Shown here: positions 17,410 through 28,672 of the stretch, piece by piece
Layout of the letters: each line of letters opens with the position of its first letter
Position numbering within the stretch: the first letter of the stretch is position 1
Assembly: GCA_003222275.1 (NCBI GenBank)
Contig: QHVJ01000149.1
Coordinates: 1-62,606, forward strand
Source: Acidobacteriota bacterium
GTDB taxonomy: Bacteria > Acidobacteriota > Vicinamibacteria > Fen-336
Length of the DNA stretch: 62,606 nucleotides
Direction: 5' to 3'
Made by a program: the position numbers and the translations under genes
Notes under the pieces: generated by a model
The model's database searches: none
What the model was told of the DNA's origin: nothing
What the model saw: only the letters and a program-made list of their open reading frames with translations

Positions 17410-18462
17410 TCAGGCGGAGCGTGGCTCTTGCAGACGAGCAGGCGTTGCCGGCGCCGCTGAGCCGGAGAGCCGCTCCGGCGGAGCCCAGTCGCGGGCCAGC
17501 GTGTAGCGAAGGAGGCCCGCCGCAAAACCGAGGCCGTGACTGACGTGGAGCACGGGAAAGATCGCCCACACGACCGCGGCGGTGGCGACGCCGCCCGCAC
17601 CGGCCACGCGCAAGGCCTCGGCGCCGGTGGCGAGGGCGTAGACCGCGAGGGCGAATGGAGCCAACGGGTGCAGGCGGGGGGTCGCCAGGAGAGCGACCGC
17701 CACCGCCAACATCAAGAAGGGAAGGGCCGGCCGGAGGGTCGTGAGCGCACCGTGCTTCAGGAACGTGCGCGCGCGACCGACCCCATATCGGAAGTACTGT
17801 CTCGCCAGGGCCGAGAACGAGCGCCGGGGGTAGTAATTAACGACGATTTCGCGGCTCAGGTAGATCCTTCCCCCCCGGGCCAGCAGGCGCTGGTTCAGCT
17901 CGGCGTCCTCGTTCGTGACCGCGCGGGGATCGTAGAGGCCGACCGTCTCGAACACCCGGCGACGAAAGGCACCGAGGAAGACGGTGTCCACGAAACCCTC
18001 GTTCTCCGCCGATCGATACCTCGCCCCCCCCGCCGCCAGGGGGCTCGCGAGCGCGGCGCAGAGGGCCCTCTGGAAGAAGGTCTTCGCTTCCGCACGCTGG
18101 GCGCCCCCCACATTGTCCGCCCCGGTCGATTCGAGCACCTCGACGCACTTGCGCACGTAGTCCGACCGATAGTCGCAGTGCGCGTCCATCCGCACGATCA
18201 CGTCGCCGCGCGCCTGCTTCAAGATGGCGTTGAGCCCGGCGGCCTGGATCCGCTCGGGGTTGTCGATGATTCGGATCCGGTCGTCGGCGGCGGCCAGCCG
18301 GCGGAGCACGTCGCGCGTCCCGTCGGCGCTCCGGCCGTCCGCGACCAGGATCTCGAGCTGCTCGGGAGGGTAATCCTGGGCGAGCACGCTGCGAACGCAG
18401 CTCTGGATGGAGTCTCGCTCGTTGAGGCACGGGATCGCGATCGTCGCCAGGGGCCAGCTCAT
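17410..18462 (-). CDS. GT2 glycosyltransferase (ExoA-like)
   Basis: IAIPCLNE, VADGRSADGT, VRMDAHC and TNEDAELN motifs; C-terminal TMs; ATGA overlap. Confidence 0.9.
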   Translation of the reverse strand: MSWPLATIAIPCLNERDSIQSCVRSVLAQDYPPEQLEILVADGRSADGTRDVLRRLAAADDRIRIIDNPERIQAAGLNAILKQARGDVIVRMDAHCDYRSDYVRKCVEVLESTGADNVGGAQRAEAKTFFQRALCAALASPLAAGGARYRSAENEGFVDTVFLGAFRRRVFETVGLYDPRAVTNEDAELNQRLLARGGRIYLSREIVVNYYPRRSFSALARQYFRYGVGRARTFLKHGALTTLRPALPFLMLAVAVALLATPRLHPLAPFALAVYALATGAEALRVAGAGGVATAAVVWAIFPVLHVSHGLGFAAGLLRYTLARDWAPPERLSGSAAPATPARLQEPRSA

Positions 18463-19622
18463 CCGGTGGCCTCCAGCGACAGAAGTCGCGTGTCCCGGAG
18501 CTCTCCGGCCAGGACCGCCACCACGCGCTCGGCGGCCTTCCCGTCCCAGAACGTCGGCGCGCGCCCCCCGCGCGGCATCCCCCGCGCCTCGTCGAACGCG
18601 CGGAGGATCCCGTCGCGGCTGGTGCCCGCCAGGATGTTGGTCCCCTCCGACACCGTCACCGGCCGCTCGGTGTTTGCGCGCAGGGTCACGCACGGCACGC
18701 CCAGTACCGTCGTCTCCTCCTGGATGCCGCCGGAGTCGGTCAGGACGACCCTGGCTTCCGATTGCAGGCGGACGAACTCCAGGTACCCGACCGGAGGCGT
18801 GAGCTTCCACCGCGACGGATCGAGCGAGAGGCTCGCTTCTTCGAGCCGCCGGCGCGTCCGGGGGTGGAGCGGGAACACCAGGGGCAGGCGCGACGCGATC
18901 TCGTCGAGCGTCGAGAGGAGGCCACGGAGCGCTCCCGGATCGTCGACATTGCTGGGCCGGTGGAGGGTGACGAGCCCGTACGCTCCGGCGCCCACGCCGA
19001 GGTCGTCGAGGATTCCCGACGTCGCCGCTCCCGCGCGAGCGGCCAGCAGCGTGTCGATCACCACGTTGCCCACGAAGAAGACCTTCTCTCGCGACGACCC
19101 CTCCCGGGCCAGGTTCGCAAGCCCCGAGCGCTCCGACACGAAGAGGAGGTCCGAGACCGCGTCGGTCAGCTTGCGGTTGACTTCCTCGGGCATGTCTTCG
19201 TCGAAGGAGCGCAGCCCGGCCTCCACGTGGGCGACGATCGGTCGACTACGGCTTCCACGACCCCAGTCAAAGGGCTCGCGAAGGCTGAACTTGGCGGCGG
19301 CCAGGGCGCAGGCCAGCGTCGAGTTGACGTCCCCGACCACGAGCACCACCTGCGGCTGCTCGTCCTCGAGCACCGCCTCGAACCGGCGCATGATCTCCGC
19401 CGTCTGGGACGCGTGGGAGCCGGAGCCCACCTCCAGCTCGATGTCGGGCACGGGCATTCGGAGCTGGCGGAAGAAGATCCCGGAGAGGTCCGCATCGTAG
19501 TGCTGACCCGTGTGGACGAGCTTCGTGCGGAAGAGCGGATGCTCGGCGAGGCACCTCATGAGGGCGGCGACCTTCACGAAGTTCGGCCGCGTGCCGGCGA
19601 CGCACAGGACCTTGACGCTCAT
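18459..19622 (-). CDS. wecB: UDP-N-acetylglucosamine 2-epimerase (non-hydrolysing)
   Basis: AGTRPNFVK, VHTGQHYD, VVGDVNST, HVEAGLRS, PEEVNR and TDSGGIQEE motifs. Confidence 0.95.
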   Translation of the reverse strand: MSVKVLCVAGTRPNFVKVAALMRCLAEHPLFRTKLVHTGQHYDADLSGIFFRQLRMPVPDIELEVGSGSHASQTAEIMRRFEAVLEDEQPQVVLVVGDVNSTLACALAAAKFSLREPFDWGRGSRSRPIVAHVEAGLRSFDEDMPEEVNRKLTDAVSDLLFVSERSGLANLAREGSSREKVFFVGNVVIDTLLAARAGAATSGILDDLGVGAGAYGLVTLHRPSNVDDPGALRGLLSTLDEIASRLPLVFPLHPRTRRRLEEASLSLDPSRWKLTPPVGYLEFVRLQSEARVVLTDSGGIQEETTVLGVPCVTLRANTERPVTVSEGTNILAGTSRDGILRAFDEARGMPRGGRAPTFWDGKAAERVVAVLAGELRDTRLLSLEATG

Positions 19623-20827
19623 GACCCCACACTCGCTCGGACTGGCCGCGCACGAAGCGCGGGCTCGGACTCCCGGCGCTTCCGCGCCTTGACGTCTTGT
19701 ACGATCCGCCCGATCTCCTCGGCCTTCCCCTCCCATGTTTCCGTACGCATGGTGTCGCTTCTCCTCCGTCGCTGCTCGCCCGAGCCCTCGGCCAGCGCGG
19801 CCTCACAGGCGGCGAGGAAGCCCTCGCGATCCGCGGCCACCCGACATACGGAAGAGTAGGATGCCGCCTCCGGGATGGCGGTGGAAACCGTGGGCACGCC
19901 GGCGCTCAGGTATTCGCGCAGCTTGATCGGGTTGACGTTGTGGGTCAGCTCGTTCAGGACGAAAGGGCAGACCGCGACGTCGAAGGCCTTGCAATACTGA
20001 GGAAGGTCCGCGTACGGTCGCCGCCCCAGCACGTGCACGTTGGGATACCGGCCAAAGCCGGACACGTCCACGGTCGCCTTGCCGACGAGCACCATCGACC
20101 ACTCGGGCCGGCGTTCCGCCACCCAGGCCAGGAGGTCCAGGTCGATCCAGCGCTCGATCCATCCGAAGAAACCGATGACCGGCCGCGGCAGGGTGGCGAT
20201 CTCGGGAGCGGGTCGCATCGTCTCGTCGAGGGCCTTCGCGAAATGGGCGTGGTCCACACCGTGGGAGACGAGATGGGTCCTGGGGTTGAAGGCCCTTTTC
20301 CGCTCGAGGAGCGAGCGTGACGTCGTGAACACGACGTCGGCCTTGCGGCACAGCACCTGCTCCGAGGCGGCCACGCGCTCCCCGTCGACGTGCGCGAAGG
20401 CCGACCACTCATCGGTACAGTAATAGACGGCCAGCGACTCACCGAGGCCCATGTACTCGGCGGTGGTCGGGAGGAAGCTCCAGAGCTGGAAATCCTTCAT
20501 CCCCAGACGCCGCCGGAGGGCCGCGAGGGTGAGGGCGAGGAGCCTCCGGTTCAGCGCGGTGGCTACGGGGTTGTGCGGAAACGGAAGGACGAGCGGGGTG
20601 TAGATCCAGAGATTGTCGGCCACCTGCTTCGGGCCCTTCAGGAAGCTCGCGAGCTTGCGGCCGATCTTGCGGAGATCCCGGCCGCTGGCGAAGTCCGGCC
20701 GCCGGGTGCAGACGGAGTTCAGCCACAACACGCGGTTGTCCCGGGCGAGCGCCCTCATGACGTGGTTGCTGCTCGTCGGGTCCTCGGCCCAGTCCTTCGT
20801 GAAGCAAACGATGTTTTCGCCCGTCAT
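19619..20827 (-). CDS. GT-B glycosyltransferase (GT4, TuaH-like)
   Basis: YYCTDEW, VSHGVD, IGFFG and NPIKLREYLSAG motifs. Confidence 0.88.
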   Translation of the reverse strand: MTGENIVCFTKDWAEDPTSSNHVMRALARDNRVLWLNSVCTRRPDFASGRDLRKIGRKLASFLKGPKQVADNLWIYTPLVLPFPHNPVATALNRRLLALTLAALRRRLGMKDFQLWSFLPTTAEYMGLGESLAVYYCTDEWSAFAHVDGERVAASEQVLCRKADVVFTTSRSLLERKRAFNPRTHLVSHGVDHAHFAKALDETMRPAPEIATLPRPVIGFFGWIERWIDLDLLAWVAERRPEWSMVLVGKATVDVSGFGRYPNVHVLGRRPYADLPQYCKAFDVAVCPFVLNELTHNVNPIKLREYLSAGVPTVSTAIPEAASYSSVCRVAADREGFLAACEAALAEGSGEQRRRRSDTMRTETWEGKAEEIGRIVQDVKARKRRESEPALRARPVRASVGS

Positions 20828-21720
20828 GATTGGCTCACGGTTCTGTCAGGCCGTTTCCTGCCGTCGGGCGGCGGCACCGATGCCTTGGCGGGATGGCCGT
20901 ACATCACGCAGCTGCCGCCGAGCCTCTTCACCCCGGGCAGGGAGAGCAGCCCGTAGTCGAGGAAGTCGATGCCGTTCACGATGGCTCGCCGGAGGGGCGA
21001 GGACCTCTCGTAGTTGAATTTGATCAGGATGAACTGGTCGAGGCGCCCGAACAGCGAGTAGTGCCGCACCCGCAGGTCGGGTACGTACCGCCGGATGAGC
21101 TCGACCTCCGACCGCACCAGGGGGCGTTCGTCCGGCGTCGCCTCGGTCTCGACCGGGATCATGAACCGAAGCTGCCGCAGGGGGTGGAAGAGGTTCACCG
21201 GCTCTGCGAACACGAGCAGGCCTTCGGGCTTGACCCAGCGAGTCAAGCGATCGAGGACCAGCTCCAGATCGTCGAGCACGTGATGGAGGATCCCATCGGC
21301 CCAGACGAGATCGAAGGTGTCCGGCGGCAGGTCGGCCGTCTCGAGGGGAGCCGCGATCAGCGAGAGGCGATCCGACACCCCGTTGACTTCCCCGCGACGC
21401 CGAGCGAGCTCGATGGCCTTGGGCGAGACGTCGATGCCGGTCACGTTCGCCCCCATCTTTGCGAGCATCACCGCGTTGAGGCCGTCGCCGCAGCCCACGT
21501 CCAGCAGGCTCTTGCCCCCGAGATCGCCCATGACCCGGAAACGGAACTCCTTGTTGAAGCGCCGGCGCAGCACCGGGCGGGTGTAGCGCCGAAACGCGAG
21601 GGGATCGATCGGCAACGCGTCATCGCTCGATCTCTGGGCCCAGCCGTCGAAGAAGCTGGCCTCTCGTCTCCAGCGCTCCTCGCGGGGTTTGACGGCCTGT
21701 ACGGCGGAGTCTGTCGACAT
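20824..21720 (-). CDS. Class I SAM-dependent methyltransferase
   Basis: LLDVGCGDG, GIDVS, FDLVWADGILHH. Confidence 0.9.
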   Translation of the reverse strand: MSTDSAVQAVKPREERWRREASFFDGWAQRSSDDALPIDPLAFRRYTRPVLRRRFNKEFRFRVMGDLGGKSLLDVGCGDGLNAVMLAKMGANVTGIDVSPKAIELARRRGEVNGVSDRLSLIAAPLETADLPPDTFDLVWADGILHHVLDDLELVLDRLTRWVKPEGLLVFAEPVNLFHPLRQLRFMIPVETEATPDERPLVRSEVELIRRYVPDLRVRHYSLFGRLDQFILIKFNYERSSPLRRAIVNGIDFLDYGLLSLPGVKRLGGSCVMYGHPAKASVPPPDGRKRPDRTVSQS

Positions 21721-21755
21721 CGCTGCCTCCCGATTCGAGAACGGCTCGCTCCTGC

Positions 21756-23660
<1,905 letters not shown>

Positions 23661-23667
23661 GGTCGGG

Positions 23668-25824
23668 TCAGGAGCTCGGGTCAGTAGACGAGGAGTGGGC
23701 CCACACGCGGTCGGGCCCGATCGAGAGGGTTTCGTGCGTAGCGTCGAAGACGAGGCCGGTGACTCCTCCCGGCTCGCCCCGCAGCGGCCGGACGGCCGGG
23801 GGCGGCGCCGCGGGATCCGCGCTCGGCAGCAGGAGCGTGACGATGCGCAGGGGCAGGCGGGCGGCGGTCGAGCACACGATCATCGGCGCCGGATGGCGCT
23901 GACCGTAGTCGGGCGAGACCCAGCCTTCCATCGGTTCCTGACGACCCTGGCTGATTCGTTCGTGCAATGGCGAGACGCTGAAGGCACGCACGAGAAGAGA
24001 CCGTCCGCCGGCCGTCGCCCGCGCCCAGGGCCCCGGCTCCAGGGTCACCTCCACCGGACCGAACTGGAAGCGCAGCTCCACGCAATGCTTCTCGGCGCCC
24101 TCCAGGTCGTCGACCAGCACCCAGTACCGGTGCTTCAGGAACAGCACGCGCCGGCGATGGCGGACGGGATCCGGCAGCCGGCCATAGGCATTGTGCTCGG
24201 CGTCGGCGAAGTCGAACGACGCCGTCGAGAGCCATCGGTTCAGCCGCGCCCGGGGCCTCTGCCGCCAGTCGAACGGTCCACCGGGCACGGCCTGGCTCTC
24301 GCCGTCCACCATGACCGTGCTGTGTGCGGCCGAGCTGCGGAAGAAACTCCGCCAGGCTGGATCCGCGTAGGTCCCGGTCCCCGGATCGATCAGGAACGCT
24401 TCGCCAAACGCGGCGCACTGTATGCTCAGCAGGTCGGCGTGGCCGTGGCCGCCGCTGGCGGAACAGCCGAGCGGGCCCACATCGAACACGAGGTGGTGTG
24501 CCGCCTCCCCCCAGCCGTCCCGCATGACGACATACCCTCCATCGGCAAACAGACGCGAGGGAGCGACGGATGGGGGCGCCGCGCGGAGCGATTCGAACGC
24601 GGCCAGGCCGGACCGACCGAGCAGCCAGAGCAGCTCCGGCACGACTCCTCCGGCCGCCCATGCGTAGTCACACCGTCCGAACAGGGCCGCGGCGGTGCCG
24701 AAGACTCCGCGCAGGTCGCCGGGGGCCCGGCGGGCAAGGGGGAGCAGCCAACCACCGTCGGAATCGCCGATGTGGGGTGCCTGGCCGCGCGGAAAGCGGA
24801 CGGCGAGGAGGAAGTCCAGCATCGCCTGGAGGCGCTCGCCGAGCGCGGCCGGCACCGGGACGCCGTTCCGGGCACACAGGATCAAGAAGTGCAGGGCGAT
24901 TTCCACCGTGTAGCGCTGGTAGCAGGTCGACTGCTCGAAATAGACGCCGTCCGCGCGGACCTGCCGGCTGCTCTCCTCGATGAGGATGCGCGCGCCTTGC
25001 TCGCGCCAGCGGCGGGCGCCGGACAGCTCCGGGAACACTGTGCCGGCGTAGAACAGGCCGAGGGCTTCGCCGGTCAGGTGCGTATTGGGCGAGAAATAGT
25101 AGGAGAGGTACCTCTCGACGTGGGTGGCGTGGTCCTCGACCGAGGCGCTCATGCGCGCGAACAGATCGGGAGTCAGCGCGGGCGAACGCCGGACGAGCAC
25201 GAGCGCCCAGGACCAGGCCACGAGCCGTAACGCCACTTCGAGGCTGCTGGCCCAGTTGATCCCCACTCCCACCGGGTTCGACTCCAGCCAGCCCGTGACA
25301 TAGGCGGCCAGCGCCTCCCCGTAGCGCTCGTCTCCCGTCATCCGGTACGCCTGGCCCAGGTCCACGAGCCACTGATGCCGGTTCAGCTCCCACACGACCT
25401 TGCTGTCGCCGCCGGAGGCGGAGTCGAGGGGATCGAGGCGGCTCCAATGGACGAGCGGGGATCGCCGCCGCGAGATCGGGTCGAAGCGCCAGTCGACGGG
25501 ATCGCCGAAGGAGAGGCCGCGGTACCCGAGCAGGTCGAAGTGGCCGTCCAGGGACCGCTCGGCGCCCGCGATCAGGTCCGGGAGGAGGTCCGGCCTCCGC
25601 TCAGCCAGCAGCGCGGGCGTGCCGTCGTCCGCGGCCCCGGCAAAGAACCGGCCCGGCGCGGCCGCGCGGAAGCTCTCGAGCTGCCGTTCGCTCTCGAGCG
25701 CGCTCCCGGCGGGCCTGCGCCGGGCACCGCTCACGGCCATGCGATCCCACCACTTGGAGACCTCTTGCCGCGTGCGGCCCGCGACCTCCGCGACGTTCAT
25801 TTGCGGGAGCCGGCGAAGGTTCAT
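23668..25824 (-). CDS. Heparinase II/III-family protein (uronic-acid polysaccharide lyase-like)
   Basis: KVVWELNRHQW, SPNTHL, EQSTCYQRY, GHGHADLLS and HSTVMVDG motifs. Start reassigned to ATG 25824. Confidence 0.88.
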   Translation of the reverse strand: MNLRRLPQMNVAEVAGRTRQEVSKWWDRMAVSGARRRPAGSALESERQLESFRAAAPGRFFAGAADDGTPALLAERRPDLLPDLIAGAERSLDGHFDLLGYRGLSFGDPVDWRFDPISRRRSPLVHWSRLDPLDSASGGDSKVVWELNRHQWLVDLGQAYRMTGDERYGEALAAYVTGWLESNPVGVGINWASSLEVALRLVAWSWALVLVRRSPALTPDLFARMSASVEDHATHVERYLSYYFSPNTHLTGEALGLFYAGTVFPELSGARRWREQGARILIEESSRQVRADGVYFEQSTCYQRYTVEIALHFLILCARNGVPVPAALGERLQAMLDFLLAVRFPRGQAPHIGDSDGGWLLPLARRAPGDLRGVFGTAAALFGRCDYAWAAGGVVPELLWLLGRSGLAAFESLRAAPPSVAPSRLFADGGYVVMRDGWGEAAHHLVFDVGPLGCSASGGHGHADLLSIQCAAFGEAFLIDPGTGTYADPAWRSFFRSSAAHSTVMVDGESQAVPGGPFDWRQRPRARLNRWLSTASFDFADAEHNAYGRLPDPVRHRRRVLFLKHRYWVLVDDLEGAEKHCVELRFQFGPVEVTLEPGPWARATAGGRSLLVRAFSVSPLHERISQGRQEPMEGWVSPDYGQRHPAPMIVCSTAARLPLRIVTLLLPSADPAAPPPAVRPLRGEPGGVTGLVFDATHETLSIGPDRVWAHSSSTDPSS

Positions 25825-25826
25825 CG

Positions 25827-27590
25827 TCAACGTCCGCTCCGAAGGAGAAGCTCCCCCGCATGGGCGGCGGCCCCGGTACCGGTTTCCGTCGCCGGCGCGC
25901 ACGGCGCGAGGGCCGATGTCTTGAGTCCCCACGCGTTTCCGAGGAGGCATTGCCGCAGTCCCGTGTAGCCGTCGAGGATCGCCGCCAGGTCGAGGAGGCC
26001 GATCGGATTGCCCACCCGCAGCAAATGCGGACCGCCCGGCCGGCCGGGAACGTTGTAGCCGCCGTAAGCGGAGTAGAGGTTGCGGTAGTGTCGTAGCGCG
26101 GCGGAGAACGACGCGGCCGTGATGTTCGTTCCCGGCTGCCCCTTCGGGAATGAGAAGTGATCCGGAAGGGAGCCGGTGACCTCCCCGATGAGGCGCCGGC
26201 TCTCGCTCAGCACCCGCTCGGCGGCGGCGGCGTCCAGGGTCCCGAAGTCTTCGTGATGAAGGCCATGCGACCCCACCTCGAAGCCGTCGGCGGCGAGCTT
26301 CTGCAGGTCGGCCGGCGTCAAGGGCAAGGCGCTGTCGAAGCCCCGCCGTCGATCGTGCTCGAACGCACTGCCGTCCAGGACGTGGGCGATCGACACGAAG
26401 AAGCAGGCCGGAATGCCGAAGTAGCGCAGGTACTCGATGGCCCACACGTTGTCGCGATACCCGTCGTCGAAGGTAACGGCGACGGCGACCTCGTCGCTCT
26501 CGTTGCCGCCGAGGCGTCCGGCGACCTGCGCGAGGGAGAGGACGGGGTGGTAGCGGCGGAGGAAGTCCATCTGCCCCACGAACTCCTCCAGGGGCAGGCA
26601 CATGTGGTTCAGCGGCCGGTTGGCGACCAGGTGATAAAAGAGGATGCAGACCGGCGAGCGTCGCTGGCTCTGCAACCGCTGGCGCCACCACAGCAAGAGG
26701 GGCGAAACCAGGGCGTATTGCAGCAGGACGCGGGCCCTGACCAGGCCGGACGCGCGCGTGCGCAAGGCGGGCATGCGCCCGGCCGCCTTCTTGCGCAGCT
26801 GCCTCTCGAGCTGCCAGACCCGGAACTCGCTCGGCGCCCGGTACGTGCGACCTTGCCGTGGATCCTGCGGCGTTCCCTGCCGCCGACCGCCGGCGATGGT
26901 GCGGATGGCGTGGTGGTAGAGCTCGGCCCCCGTCAGATCCGCCTTGATGCAGAGGCTCGCGAGCGTATCGCACTCTTCTACGGGGATGGTCGCCTCGGCG
27001 ACCACGTCCCCCTCGTCGACCTTCGCGGTGGCGTAGTGGATGGTGACGCCGATCGAGCTCTCGCCGGCCAGCACCTCCCAGTAGCCGACGGGCCCGCCTC
27101 CGCGGTAGTCCGGCACCTTGCGTTTGTGGATGTTCAGCGTGCCGTACTCGGGGATCGATATCACCGTGTCGCGCAGTATTCGGCCCCCCACGATGACGCC
27201 GAGCTCGGGGCGCAGCGAACGGAGAAGAGCCAGGCTCTCCTCGCCGTGGATGTCGGCGACGCGGTGGACGGCAACGCCCGTGTCGCGGGCCAGCGTGTCG
27301 TAGGTGTCGACGCGGACGGGACGGTGCGTCCGTTCGAAGAGCGCGAGGGCGGCCCGGTTGGCCGCCGCCGCCGCGAGGGTCACGGCCTTGAACCACAGCC
27401 ACCGCCACCCGTCCTGTTGCATCCCGCGACGGAGCCGCCGCCAGAGCGGCTGCCGGGGGCGTGCGTAGCCGTCGACGACGATGGCGCGCAGCTCGAGCAG
27501 CGGGTCACGGGCCAGCCCCTCGAAGAAGACGCGGTTCGTCGGCGAGAGCGGTCCCGCCGTGAACACCACCAGCCGCAACCGCGCGCTCAT
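25827..27590 (-). CDS. Formyltransferase (N-terminal) - NodB polysaccharide deacetylase (C-terminal) fusion
   Basis: LNIHKRKVPDYRG...GVTIH...VDEG formyltransferase core; TFDDGY and GSHGLHH deacetylase motifs; one continuous frame; ATGA overlap at the start. Confidence 0.85.
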   Translation of the reverse strand: MSARLRLVVFTAGPLSPTNRVFFEGLARDPLLELRAIVVDGYARPRQPLWRRLRRGMQQDGWRWLWFKAVTLAAAAANRAALALFERTHRPVRVDTYDTLARDTGVAVHRVADIHGEESLALLRSLRPELGVIVGGRILRDTVISIPEYGTLNIHKRKVPDYRGGGPVGYWEVLAGESSIGVTIHYATAKVDEGDVVAEATIPVEECDTLASLCIKADLTGAELYHHAIRTIAGGRRQGTPQDPRQGRTYRAPSEFRVWQLERQLRKKAAGRMPALRTRASGLVRARVLLQYALVSPLLLWWRQRLQSQRRSPVCILFYHLVANRPLNHMCLPLEEFVGQMDFLRRYHPVLSLAQVAGRLGGNESDEVAVAVTFDDGYRDNVWAIEYLRYFGIPACFFVSIAHVLDGSAFEHDRRRGFDSALPLTPADLQKLAADGFEVGSHGLHHEDFGTLDAAAAERVLSESRRLIGEVTGSLPDHFSFPKGQPGTNITAASFSAALRHYRNLYSAYGGYNVPGRPGGPHLLRVGNPIGLLDLAAILDGYTGLRQCLLGNAWGLKTSALAPCAPATETGTGAAAHAGELLLRSGR

Positions 27591-28672
27591 CCTGCCCTCC
27601 GGACGACGGCGGTGCCCGCCGAGTACACCTCGGCCCACGCCGCCCGGACCGCGGACCAGGAATGCCGCTCCGCCTCTCGCCGGGCCCGTTGGGCCATCTG
27701 GAGCGCGCGGTGCGGATGATCGAGGATCTCTGTGGCCGCGGCGGCCATCGCTCCCGGGTCGTCCGGGGGTACGAGCAGGCCGGTCTCCCCGTCCCGGAGC
27801 ATGCGGCCGATGTCGCCGGTGCTCGTCGAGACCACCGGCAGCCCGGCCGCAAACGCCTCGAGTATCGAGACCGGCTGGTTGTCCAGCACGGAGGAGTTGA
27901 GGAAGATGTCGGACTCGTCGCAGAGCCGCGGCATCTCCCGCGAGTCCACTCGGCCGCGGAACTGGACGCCGTCCACGCCGAGAGCGCCCGCCCGCTGGCG
28001 CAGCCGGCCCTCCAGGCGGCCGTGGCCGGCCAGGGCCAGCGTGGCGCCGGGGAAACGCCTCTTCAGCAGCGCGAAGGCCTCGAGTGTGTTCTCCACGCGG
28101 TAGTAGGGCTCGAAGTTGCGGGTGGAGAGGAACCGCGGCTGCGGGGACCGGCGCGGACGGAAGCGGAACGACGACGTGTCCACCACGTTCGGGATCACGC
28201 GCGCGGCATATCCGTGGCGGGCGAACACCCGGCGCAGGTATTCCGAGGGGACCACGATCTCGTCGGCCAGGCGCAACCCCGGGTGGACGAGGCGTCCCCA
28301 ACGCGCCAGGTGGTCATCGGCCTCGCCGCTGTGGTAGTGCAGCACGACACGCCTTCCCCACCGGCGTCCCGCGGCCATCGCGGGCACCGGCGCGAGCAGG
28401 AACGACCAGTACGACGCGGAGAACACGTGAGTCACGTCGACGCCACGCAGCCGGCGCAAGCTCGCCAGGTAGAGCGCCTCGTTGACGACCGTGCGCGCAT
28501 AGCGGCGCCGGCGCAGCCAGCGCATGCCGCGCGGGAAGCCGGGATCGATGGGCACGAACGCCACGTCTTCTCCGTCGCGCCGCAGCCCCTCGGCCAGGGC
28601 GTGGGCCTGGATGCCCTGTCCTCCGGGGATCTCGAGGCTGGGCGCCACGAGTGCGATCCTGGCCCTGGTCAT
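27587..28672 (-). CDS. GT4 glycosyltransferase
   Basis: IPNVVD, FLSTRNFE and DNQPVSILEAFAAGLPVV motifs. Confidence 0.9.
   Translation of the reverse strand: MTRARIALVAPSLEIPGGQGIQAHALAEGLRRDGEDVAFVPIDPGFPRGMRWLRRRRYARTVVNEALYLASLRRLRGVDVTHVFSASYWSFLLAPVPAMAAGRRWGRRVVLHYHSGEADDHLARWGRLVHPGLRLADEIVVPSEYLRRVFARHGYAARVIPNVVDTSSFRFRPRRSPQPRFLSTRNFEPYYRVENTLEAFALLKRRFPGATLALAGHGRLEGRLRQRAGALGVDGVQFRGRVDSREMPRLCDESDIFLNSSVLDNQPVSILEAFAAGLPVVSTSTGDIGRMLRDGETGLLVPPDDPGAMAAAATEILDHPHRALQMAQRARREAERHSWSAVRAAWAEVYSAGTAVVRRAG

Noticed and set aside
23668-27408. 1246-aa giant heparinase ORF as given in the track
   Set aside because: The part above 25824 overlaps the formyltransferase-deacetylase gene in another frame and is low-complexity; the true start is near 25824.
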